The position numbers and the translations under genes are program-made. Shown piece after piece: positions 11,446 through 20,038 of a DNA stretch of 64,000 nt. The notes beneath the pieces were generated by a model. The model saw only the letters and a list, made by a program, of their open reading frames with translations. It made no database searches and had not been told where the DNA came from. The stretch is from a bacterium (lineage in GTDB: Bacteria > Hinthialibacterota > Hinthialibacteria > Hinthialibacterales > Hinthialibacteraceae): assembly GCA_963662285.2 (NCBI GenBank), contig CAXXMV010000008.1, positions 992,001 to 1,056,000 on the forward strand, read 5' to 3'. Each line of letters begins with the position of its first letter. The first letter of the stretch is position 1.

Positions 11446-12444
11446 ATGACTAGAGTTAATAGATTAAGAAATTCCATGTTCATATTCTCATTAACTATCA
11501 TGATGACAGCGGGACTACTAGCGCTGAACGCACCTGCTGTTTTTGGCGGCTCACCCGATCCGGCGGCAATCCATAAGCCGTTTGGTACGATAGGTAAAGA
11601 ATTGCGCATCCTGAAGACTGATCAGGAGACAGAATTATATAAATTTCAGGGAGCCGGCTGTCTGACCCACATGTGGTTTGGCGGCAGCTGGCCTGATTAT
11701 GGCAAGACGCAGGTACGCATCTATGTGGATGATGAAGAGACAGCATCGATTGATATGGAACTGATGTTGGGGCACGGCATCGGCTTCCAAGATCCGGCGG
11801 CGCCGTGGGGCGTCGCCCGCATCGGCGTAACCGGCAATCCCAGCGGCCTCTATAACACCTACCGCATACCCTTCGGCAAAAGCATCCGCGTCACCGCCCA
11901 GATGGCGCCGGGCGTTGAAGGGCAGCCCTATTTCTGGTGGATAATACGCGGATCGGAAAACCTACCTGTTGAAGTAGGCGGCGTACATCTACCAGACTCA
12001 GCCAGACTGCGTCTGTATAAAAAGGTAGACTATAAAGCCAAGAGGCTGGAAGAATTCGACCTAATCAATACATCAAAATCCGGCGCCCTCTATCAAGTGA
12101 CGCTCGCCGCGCAAGGCTCAAATTTCAGTTATCTGGAAGCCTGCGTACGCGCTTATATCAATGGCGCACAGAAGCCGCTCTGGCTTTCATCCGGTTTGGA
12201 AGATTATTTTCTGGGAACCTATTATTTCAACCGCGGCAAGTACTACACTTCAGTAGCTGGTCTCACTCATCTGGATAAGGAAAATTTCAGTTTCTCGGCC
12301 TATCGGTTCCACGAAGACGATCCACTATTCTTCCAAGACGGACTGCGCCTCACCTGCCGATGCGGCGAAAAGATCGGCGACAAAATATTCCATGATCCAC
12401 AGGAAACTGTTTATACCAGTTACGTATGGGTATATGAATGGTAA
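11446..12444 (+). CDS. DUF2961 / GH172-like glycoside hydrolase
   Basis: GAGCLTHMWF, IYVDDE, YRIPFGKSIRVT, SGLEDYFLGTYYF and SAYRFHEDDPLFF motifs typical of DUF2961. Confidence 0.75.
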   Translation: MTRVNRLRNSMFIFSLTIMMTAGLLALNAPAVFGGSPDPAAIHKPFGTIGKELRILKTDQETELYKFQGAGCLTHMWFGGSWPDYGKTQVRIYVDDEETASIDMELMLGHGIGFQDPAAPWGVARIGVTGNPSGLYNTYRIPFGKSIRVTAQMAPGVEGQPYFWWIIRGSENLPVEVGGVHLPDSARLRLYKKVDYKAKRLEEFDLINTSKSGALYQVTLAAQGSNFSYLEACVRAYINGAQKPLWLSSGLEDYFLGTYYFNRGKYYTSVAGLTHLDKENFSFSAYRFHEDDPLFFQDGLRLTCRCGEKIGDKIFHDPQETVYTSYVWVYEW

Positions 12445-12446
12445 AC

Positions 12447-12480
12447 ATGATGGATTGATAATGCTTTGTCAATCCATCAT
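12447..12480. terminator. Hairpin between convergent genes, probable bidirectional terminator
   Basis: ATGATGGATTGATAA-TGCT-TTGTCAATCCATCAT inverted repeat between stops at 12444 and 12500. Confidence 0.7.
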
Positions 12481-12499
12481 TAAAACTGCCGTATTAGGT

Positions 12500-14551
12500 T
12501 TATTTTTGATCCAATACGCGCCGCACAGTGCTCAACAATTCATAAGAGTGATAAGGTTTTGCTAAAAATCCGTCCGCCTCGATCTCATCCATGAAGTCCT
12601 TGTCAAGCGATTCTGTATAGCCACTGCTTATAATCACTTTGATATCGCTATTGCTTTTGCGCATATTACTTAGACTCTCATCTAGTGGAAGAATAGGCAT
12701 TGATAAATCAATTACGATTATATCGATAGGATGAGTTTCATCTTCAATCAGTTTGATGCCCTCAAAACAGTCCTTAGCCAGCAAAACAGTGTAACCATTA
12801 TTTTGCAGAATTTCCTTACTTAAATCCAGGATCAACTCCTCTGAATCAATGATAAGAATGCGCTCTTCACCCTTAGCTGATAGGTCCATTAAATTATTCT
12901 GATTATCGCTATCAACCTGCTCTTCAATAGCGGGCAGGAAAATCTGAAAAGTGGTTCCATTGCCATATTCACTAGAAAAATCGATCCAACCATTGTGCTG
13001 TTTGATACTGCCGAATGCACTGGCCAATCCTAAGCCAGTACCCACGGTATTTTTGGTTGAATAGAATGGTTCAAAAATTCTACGCCTGGTCTCTTCTTTC
13101 ATCCCGATACCATTATCAGAGACGCTTAATACAACAAAGATCCCGGGATAGGATGAAGGATTCAGATGGTGTATATCGTCTAAAACCACTTTCTCTAATT
13201 TGATGAATATAAAATATTCTTTTTGATCTTGTGAGAATATAGGATTATTCTCAATATCTTTATTAATTGCATCTTGCGCATTAAGACATAAGTTCATCAA
13301 GATGGAATTAATCTGTGAAGCATCAGCATAAATTTGAGGAAGGTTTTTTTGAATATCAATATTGAAATCTATTCGCCGGTCAATTATTGGACGAATAAGG
13401 TAATATACCCGCTCAACAATGAGATTCATATTAACCAGTTTTAGACTAGCCGTTGATTTGCGGCTAAATGAGAGCAAATCATTAATCATCTCTGACGCCT
13501 GATTTGAAGCCTTCAACGCTATACGTAGATAACAGGAAATTTCTTCAGGCGCTTTTAACTGAGCCATATTTATATTTCCAATTATTCCCGTCAGAATATT
13601 ATTTATGTTATGAGCTATACCACTGGCCATCTGAGTTATAGCATCATATTTATGCGCCTGGATCAGTTGCTCCTCAATCCTTTTCTTCTCGGTAATATCA
13701 ATAGAAATGCCAATAATACCAATAGCATTACCTGATTTGTCTTGAAGGGGAACTTTATGTGTAGAAACCCAGGCATATTTGCCATTTTTACCAAGAAGTC
13801 TTTGTTCGTAATTCTCTATCGGCTTATTAGTTTGAATTATCTTTTGGTCAATTTCTCTGATCTCACTTGCGATATCATCAGAAAACAGATCAAAATCCGT
13901 CAAACCTTGCAGACGATCTATGGGAATACCTAAAAAATCTGAAACGCTTTTACTGACAACAATATATCTAAAATCTTTATCTTTTACATATATTTGAGCA
14001 GGAATAGCCGAAAGTATCAAATCCTGAATTTCAAGATTATTACGATAAGTTTCTTCGATTTTCTTTTGTTCAGAAATATCAAAAATTATTGCCATAACAG
14101 CATATATTTCACTGTTTTTATCTATTAAAGGACAAGTTTCTATCAAAGCAGAGAAATGTTCACCAGATTTACGAACAGCAGTAATATCAATACGGAATCC
14201 TGAATCACCCTGTTTTAAGGGTGTTAGAACATTGTGGAATTTATTGCTATCCTGTGGGATACTCAATAATGCCGCAGGTTGACCAACAATCTCTTCTCTG
14301 CCGTAACCAAAAATCCGTTCAGCGCCAAGGCTGAAATCCACTATCCGAAATTCGCCGCTACCGGTTTCCACACTCAGAAATGCAATATTATCCGTAGTTT
14401 GGAATATTGCTCTAAGGCGTTGTTCACTTTCGGAAGTTGAACTTTTTGTTTTTTGGTATTCACCTTTACGACGCTCAAGTTCTTCGACATGAGATCGCAA
14501 TCTTGCTAACTCTGAAATCAGTTGCTTTTTTGTTTTTTGGGAATCCCCCAT
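12500..14551 (-). CDS. Cytoplasmic hybrid sensor kinase (PAS-PAS-HisKA-HATPase-REC)
   Basis: Two PAS/PAC regions, GIAHNINNIL H-box, NLCLNAQDA, SDNGIGM, FEPFYSTK, GTGLGL, receiver VIDLSMP...SSGY...LAKPY. Confidence 0.93.
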   Translation of the reverse strand: MGDSQKTKKQLISELARLRSHVEELERRKGEYQKTKSSTSESEQRLRAIFQTTDNIAFLSVETGSGEFRIVDFSLGAERIFGYGREEIVGQPAALLSIPQDSNKFHNVLTPLKQGDSGFRIDITAVRKSGEHFSALIETCPLIDKNSEIYAVMAIIFDISEQKKIEETYRNNLEIQDLILSAIPAQIYVKDKDFRYIVVSKSVSDFLGIPIDRLQGLTDFDLFSDDIASEIREIDQKIIQTNKPIENYEQRLLGKNGKYAWVSTHKVPLQDKSGNAIGIIGISIDITEKKRIEEQLIQAHKYDAITQMASGIAHNINNILTGIIGNINMAQLKAPEEISCYLRIALKASNQASEMINDLLSFSRKSTASLKLVNMNLIVERVYYLIRPIIDRRIDFNIDIQKNLPQIYADASQINSILMNLCLNAQDAINKDIENNPIFSQDQKEYFIFIKLEKVVLDDIHHLNPSSYPGIFVVLSVSDNGIGMKEETRRRIFEPFYSTKNTVGTGLGLASAFGSIKQHNGWIDFSSEYGNGTTFQIFLPAIEEQVDSDNQNNLMDLSAKGEERILIIDSEELILDLSKEILQNNGYTVLLAKDCFEGIKLIEDETHPIDIIVIDLSMPILPLDESLSNMRKSNSDIKVIISSGYTESLDKDFMDEIEADGFLAKPYHSYELLSTVRRVLDQK

Positions 14552-14901
14552 TTTAAAAATCCTTATGGTCTAAAGACTCATGGTGATTCCCCCAAATTAA
14601 ATAACAAGAAAAGAAAAGAAAATATATACAATATATTAAGTGAGATTATTTTAGAACAAAAATAATTCTTCACTGAACAACACCAGAAATAATAATATCA
14701 TATAAAATGTCTCGATAATTCACGCCAAAATTGGCAAATACAAATCATATAAAAATATAATTATATCATATAAAAAATGCAAAGTTAAGCAATTTTTTAC
14801 ATTTTAATTTAAAAGTCCACCTATATGTTAATTATAATAGATTTATATACAATGTAAATATTAGTAGTATATTACTATATTAATTAAATCGAATAAATCA
14901 A

Positions 14902-16581
14902 TTAAGAGCGTTTAAATATTTCGATTATTGGCCCAGGACGATCACGGGACCATAAATCATCAAATGGACTGTATACATCTTCAATATCATTTGCATGTGG
15001 GGGCCAATCTGGACTAGAAGAGAATGTTCTTATCGGATTAACCGTTCCAGAAAACTCGATCAATGAATTACGCCGCTCCAAATAAGTATCAGCAATATGT
15101 CCGGGCAATGAAGCGAACCCACTGATAACCAATAACTCAACCGGAGCAGGTAGAGAATCCAGCCGATTCAAATCGCTGGAAACCAATCTATCAATATACA
15201 CCAGTCTTGGATCAGCCGGTTGAGTCCAAAAATCTGCTATCCCCCGATAAACCAGTGGGATAGAGAATTGATCCAAGCCGATAAGAGACTGATTTTTTGT
15301 CCCGGTTTTTATCCAATGAAGAAATTCTATGCGGGTATCCGTCTGTTTTAACAGATAGTTGCTGCGGATATCCTTAGTTAAAGGTTCTATAGCAAGGATA
15401 GTAAACAAAATCACTACAATCAGGGTGGCGAATAATTCCCTTCCCTTGTAATGTTTCACGCACTCAGCTACCGCAATAGCAGCCATTACCGAAATCCACG
15501 GAAGCACTGGCAACGAGAAACGCACGAAGAATAATGGATGGGTGCAAACCAGCAGACCATAGAGCAATGGGAATAACAAAATAGATATATTTTTACGGTA
15601 AATAGAAATGATCAATCCAGCTAACGACAATAGCGCTGCTGCGATTCCCTCGCTCTTCCAGATAGTCTCTAGCAGTTGAACGCCCGACCATCTGGCATCC
15701 TGCCCCTGCCAGGGTTTATCCGCCGCAAGGCGTAATTTCTCTATTTCCAAACCAAACGTTTCCGGGTCGGTAATTGGAAAAGGGCAAATCAACAGAAAGC
15801 ATAAGACGCCCAATAATCCCATCACCACCAAATCCCGTAAGAGTGGTTTATAACTCTCTTCCCACCGCTTCGGCCAGAATTGCAGAACGCGCATCCCCAC
15901 TACAGCAAGCAGAGCTGGCGCCATATTATACTTAAACGCTATGGCCGCTCCACATAATCCAGCGGCTAGGTAAAACAACTTGGTGGAACTTTTCCTGAAC
16001 GCCATAACGCCCAGGACCATCGCCCACAATACCAGACATGCCGCCGCTGGATCGTTTACTGCAAAATGACACTCACGCACATTGGCGAATGAGACCGCCG
16101 CCAATCCCGCCGCTCCGAAAGCGTATTGCAATGACAACCACTCTCTAGCCAGATAGAATACCCCGGCAACTGACAACATCCCCAACAGAGCTGATAATGC
16201 GCGTCCTCCCAAAACCAGATCGAATGGACGATACATAAAGGTTGTTTCTACATCATCCGACGGGGCAATCCACATCGGATTGATTCCCAGCCAACCGGGA
16301 ACCTCAACCGGCGTCCTTACCTTAAGCCACAAGGGATACCATGCCGCATTTAGATAAGAAAAACCTGGAGGATTCCTGAAATATTTGGGATTAAATTCGC
16401 CAAGATGACAGTTGGCGCCTGCTGAGACATATTTCCATTCATCGGGATGCAGCCGGAAGGGCAAGCCCCAATCGTTGCTATCCGCCCGTAGAAACAAGGC
16501 GAACAGCATCAAAACCGGCAACACCAACATCCGACCCACCGACAACCAGGAGACCTGTTTTTTTGCAGTATTTTCATTCAT
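14902..16581 (-). CDS. Polytopic GT-C glycosyltransferase (GT39/ArnT/PMT-like)
   Basis: WGLP...HPDE motif after first TM, multiple hydrophobic helices, AIAFKYN motif. Confidence 0.8.
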   Translation of the reverse strand: MNENTAKKQVSWLSVGRMLVLPVLMLFALFLRADSNDWGLPFRLHPDEWKYVSAGANCHLGEFNPKYFRNPPGFSYLNAAWYPLWLKVRTPVEVPGWLGINPMWIAPSDDVETTFMYRPFDLVLGGRALSALLGMLSVAGVFYLAREWLSLQYAFGAAGLAAVSFANVRECHFAVNDPAAACLVLWAMVLGVMAFRKSSTKLFYLAAGLCGAAIAFKYNMAPALLAVVGMRVLQFWPKRWEESYKPLLRDLVVMGLLGVLCFLLICPFPITDPETFGLEIEKLRLAADKPWQGQDARWSGVQLLETIWKSEGIAAALLSLAGLIISIYRKNISILLFPLLYGLLVCTHPLFFVRFSLPVLPWISVMAAIAVAECVKHYKGRELFATLIVVILFTILAIEPLTKDIRSNYLLKQTDTRIEFLHWIKTGTKNQSLIGLDQFSIPLVYRGIADFWTQPADPRLVYIDRLVSSDLNRLDSLPAPVELLVISGFASLPGHIADTYLERRNSLIEFSGTVNPIRTFSSSPDWPPHANDIEDVYSPFDDLWSRDRPGPIIEIFKRS

Positions 16582-16615
16582 AGCAAGAGTAAACCAAGTC
16601 CCCTCTCCAGACCAT

Positions 16616-16715
16616 GTAGGGCGCGCCCCTTGTGGGCGATGTCATTAAGTTAAGGAATTTCACCCTATCATTGGTGGCTTGATCAAGGGCTGAGCGCAAT
16701 GCGCTCTTGCCCTTG
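16616..16715. repeat. REP-like element and GC-rich hairpin in intergenic region
   Basis: GTAGGGCGCGCCCCTTGTGGGCG (16616-16638) resembles GTAG-family REPs; CAAGGGC-TGAGCGC-AAT-GCGCTC-TT-GCCCTTG hairpin at 16684-16715. Confidence 0.4.
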
Positions 16716-16762
16716 GCACCCAGCGCCCGATTTTCCAGCAACCTAAGGCATCACAGATTCAC

Positions 16763-17749
16763 CTAAGGCAATTGATAATCAGTCATGCTTTCATAGAAAT
16801 CCTGCATTATTTTATCTTTATCAAAATTTTCCCAGATAATGATATTGCGTGGATTATCAGGTCGATCCACCCATTTTTTATTCACTACTTTCGGCGCGGG
16901 GATTTCAATAGGCGTCGCCCAGGATGAATTTTTCACAATCGCCACCGCCGCCATATCAAATAGAGCGCGTGATGGAGGGTTGCCATGCAGCTGGATATTC
17001 TGGAAAAGGTTTAGTGAGTAGTCGCCGAAATTTGTAAATTCCTTGCCATGTCTTCCGACAACCGGTTTAGATATTTGAGGCCCTTTGCCCGGCATATTGC
17101 GCTTGATATCAGACAAGGCGGCGCGAACTGCGTCTGTACCGGATGGCTTGCCATAACGCACAATGGCAAATTCAAACTTAACCTTGGCATCAAGGATATA
17201 ATTCAGTGATGGCTCATCATTGACTTGATTGTATTCGCCCGGTTCGGGGTAATTCGAACCAAGCCACACGATCCTGACTTTTGAAGCAATGGCAGGCTCT
17301 TTTTTCAGAGCCAGCGCGATATTGGTCAGTTTCCCTACCGGCAGCAATACCAATTCTCTGGAGTCTTCCGCCAGGGCGCGCTTGATAATATGATTGACCG
17401 CTTCTGAACCATCAAACTCTTGCTGGCCGACATTATTCTTTATCTCATCGAAACTGCCATTGGCGCCAGTATAGACTTTGATCTTAGGATGCAGGTTGCA
17501 TAATTTCACAACCCGTTCCGCTTCTTCATAATGCTTATCAACCTCACCACCGCTTTTGGTCTTGTTGACGGTGATGCCTTCTACATCAAACACGTCTCCG
17601 TTAAACAGCATGTAAGCGATGGCGTGTTGATCATCCAGTTCATTATTGGCGTCGGTATCTAGAATAACCCGAATCTTTTCAGCCGCGCTGCACTCAACCA
17701 GCGCAGCAACCAATAAAGACATAATAAATAAAACAGATAATTTTCTCAT
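16763..17749 (-). CDS. Nucleoside hydrolase family protein (IU-NH fold) with signal peptide
   Basis: VILDTDANNELDDQHAIAY (DxDxxxDD-type motif), VGKLTNIALAL, IVWLG, EYN, LFDMAAV. Confidence 0.85.
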   Translation of the reverse strand: MRKLSVLFIMSLLVAALVECSAAEKIRVILDTDANNELDDQHAIAYMLFNGDVFDVEGITVNKTKSGGEVDKHYEEAERVVKLCNLHPKIKVYTGANGSFDEIKNNVGQQEFDGSEAVNHIIKRALAEDSRELVLLPVGKLTNIALALKKEPAIASKVRIVWLGSNYPEPGEYNQVNDEPSLNYILDAKVKFEFAIVRYGKPSGTDAVRAALSDIKRNMPGKGPQISKPVVGRHGKEFTNFGDYSLNLFQNIQLHGNPPSRALFDMAAVAIVKNSSWATPIEIPAPKVVNKKWVDRPDNPRNIIIWENFDKDKIMQDFYESMTDYQLP

Positions 17750-17797
17750 TGGACTGAACTCCTTGTGTTATTGTTTCATAACTTATGCAATTAAATA

Positions 17798-19213
17798 CTA
17801 TGGTTGAGGATACTTTTGACTCTCGTCTTCCAATATAAGTATCCAATCATCTACATCGCCCGAAGTGGGAGGCGTATATGTTTGGATTCCTGAATTATCG
17901 GATGTATGGATATAATACGAAACGCCATATCGTGGATCATACCAGGTTTGTTTGACTCCTTTTGCTTTGATGCGACTTTTATCGATTGAAAATCGTTCTC
18001 CACGCGGTGAATAGATAAAGGCGAACGATCCATCTCTGGCGCGGGCAGCCCGTATCTTGGCGCCTCCATTAGCAGGTCCATCAACGATCATACTCTGATC
18101 CGGGACTAATTGATTGAACGGTTTCGATTCAAACAACTTTTTTACATGTCCCATTTGAAATGCGCCGGGATGATCCAGCGCTTCTTTCCAGGGGATATTG
18201 GCGCTGATAACCGGGCCGCGTCCCGGCTGCCACATCTGCCAGATGCTGTTGTTTCCATAAGTATGACCACAGGCGCCAGCCAGCAATGACCAGTAGGCCG
18301 CTTGACGGGCGTCGTAATCGGTGAATCTTTGGTTGGCGTTAATTCCCTTAAAATAGAAGCCGACCTGGATCGTTTCGTATCTTGGTTCGCCGTCAATGGT
18401 AGGTTTGGTCGGCTTGAGATTGTAGTCATGATCGATAAACAGACCGTTGTCATGGTCGCGGGCGCCATGCGATGATTGCACCATATTAAAATCCAGCCAA
18501 TCAGCATTATGCAAGGCATCTGAAGACAAGCCCGGCCCCCGTGGATGAAAAGTCATCAAGTGAGCGCCGCCGTCGCCTTGATCCAATCCGGCGGCGATAG
18601 CATCAACGATTTTACGCTCATCATCGCACTTAATATTCTCATCGCCGCCCAGCACCCAGATAACCGGTTTATCTTTATAGCGTTTCCCTAGAAATTCACC
18701 ATACTGTCTGGCGCTCGATTCATTAAACAGGAATGGACCTTTGCGGTTTGCGCTCTTCCAATAGTTACCCCAGGTAGGCAGCATCCCGATATACAATCCA
18801 AGTTGCTGCGCCTTGTTGACGATGAAATCCACATGCTTAAAATACGCTTCATTAGGCCGCGTGGGGTCCTTATCTATCAGTGGACAATCGCCATAGGGAT
18901 TTGGCGCATCCAATCCACCAAGTTGAGCGATCACCACGGCTTGAATAACCGTAAAACCTTTTTCCGCCCGGTTTGATAAATAAAGTTCCGCTTCTTCGCG
19001 GTTCAATCGATGAAACAGTTCCCAGGCGGTATCACCCAGATAGAAGAATGGCGAGCCGTCTTCATATTCCAGATAGCGGTTATTGTCGCAAACCCGCAGG
19101 TTCTTAAATTCCACTGCCGCACAGTTTGCATCTGCCAATACAAACACAGTTAATAAAGCCAATGCGCCAGCCATTAACCGCTCCACCCCGAACACAGCTT
19201 TACCATATTTCAT
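17798..19213 (-). CDS. DUF4038 / GH140 (apiosidase-like) glycoside hydrolase with C-terminal collagen-binding-like domain
   Basis: PFFYLGDTAWELFHRL, GFTVIQAV, WVLGGD, MTFHP, DGEPRYE, AGACGHTYG, WYDPRYG motifs. Confidence 0.85.
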   Translation of the reverse strand: MKYGKAVFGVERLMAGALALLTVFVLADANCAAVEFKNLRVCDNNRYLEYEDGSPFFYLGDTAWELFHRLNREEAELYLSNRAEKGFTVIQAVVIAQLGGLDAPNPYGDCPLIDKDPTRPNEAYFKHVDFIVNKAQQLGLYIGMLPTWGNYWKSANRKGPFLFNESSARQYGEFLGKRYKDKPVIWVLGGDENIKCDDERKIVDAIAAGLDQGDGGAHLMTFHPRGPGLSSDALHNADWLDFNMVQSSHGARDHDNGLFIDHDYNLKPTKPTIDGEPRYETIQVGFYFKGINANQRFTDYDARQAAYWSLLAGACGHTYGNNSIWQMWQPGRGPVISANIPWKEALDHPGAFQMGHVKKLFESKPFNQLVPDQSMIVDGPANGGAKIRAARARDGSFAFIYSPRGERFSIDKSRIKAKGVKQTWYDPRYGVSYYIHTSDNSGIQTYTPPTSGDVDDWILILEDESQKYPQP

Positions 19214-19339
19214 AATACTCTCCCATATTGAACCATTATTATAAACATAGCAGTACTTTTAATATCCAGTAAATTCAAGAATATCCCGATTTACCTTATT
19301 TTACAATTTCAACGATATATCCATTACAAAGATGCAACC

Positions 19340-19963
19340 TCACCGTGGAAACGCTACGTTGCCATCGCTGACCAATCCATTGGATGAATCGTAGCCGTAG
19401 GTATATGGCCAATCCACTTCCAGGGCGAAGCCGTTGTTTTTGCTGCTGACGTCGGTGTCGGGGCCGCGCCCTTGCAGGCAATAGCGCCAGTTGGCTGGAC
19501 GCCGGGGGTCGTTCATATTGGCGCGGTATTGATTCTGCCCGGCCTGATAGAAATACTTGCCTTCTCCTCTGGGATCGAAATAGGCCTCGTAGAAATCCAC
19601 GCTGGCTTCTTTCTTGCCGCTGAAGAATGGGTCGCATGGAATAGCGGTGATATATGAGATGGGAGTGGTCAACACTTTGGGAAGCCCCCATCCGTTATCC
19701 GGTTCGTTAAATCCATTGGGTGGAATCTTGCCCCGGTCGAGCGAGTACATCTCCAACGCGGTGACGCAGGCCTTCATATCCGCCAGACAACGCGAATATT
19801 TAGCACGAATCTGAGCATTGAGAAAATTGGGTACGGCGATAGCGGCCAGGATGCCGATGATGGCGACCACGATGAGTAGTTCGATTAATGTAAATGCACT
19901 TGTGCGATTCACAGAAGAATTTGCGGCAATGCGGTTCTTAACCGCCATAGTTGTTTTATTCAT
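19340..19963 (-). CDS. Prepilin-type N-terminal cleavage/methylation domain protein (GspG-like pseudopilin)
   Basis: SA|FTLIELLIVVAIIGILAAIAVPNFLNAQ; C-terminal YDSSNGLVSDG. Start is probably ATG 19963 or 19948 because a terminator lies at 19976-20011. Confidence 0.85.
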   Translation of the reverse strand: MNKTTMAVKNRIAANSSVNRTSAFTLIELLIVVAIIGILAAIAVPNFLNAQIRAKYSRCLADMKACVTALEMYSLDRGKIPPNGFNEPDNGWGLPKVLTTPISYITAIPCDPFFSGKKEASVDFYEAYFDPRGEGKYFYQAGQNQYRANMNDPRRPANWRYCLQGRGPDTDVSSKNNGFALEVDWPYTYGYDSSNGLVSDGNVAFPR

Positions 19964-19975
19964 GATTTTAAGGTT

Positions 19976-20011
19976 GAAAAAGAACAGGGCGATGCATGCG
20001 CCATCGCCCTG
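19976..20011 (-). terminator. Rho-independent terminator of the 20039-22291 gene
   Basis: CAGGGCGATG-(7 nt)-CATCGCCCTG 10-bp stem (19985-20011) followed on the minus strand by TTCTTTTTC. Confidence 0.75.
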
Positions 20012-20038
20012 CTCCAGGTTCATTCCATCCATTCAGTT

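Noticed and set aside
14902-16581. GT-C glycosyltransferase as the enzyme glycosylating the Pro/Thr linkers
   Set aside because: Lies about 9 kb from the nearest Pro/Thr-linker gene with no sequence evidence of linkage; the family has many other substrates.
19964-20032. ORF-track N-terminal extension of the first pilin-like gene
   Set aside because: It runs through a terminator hairpin; prepilin leaders are short, so a downstream ATG is preferred.
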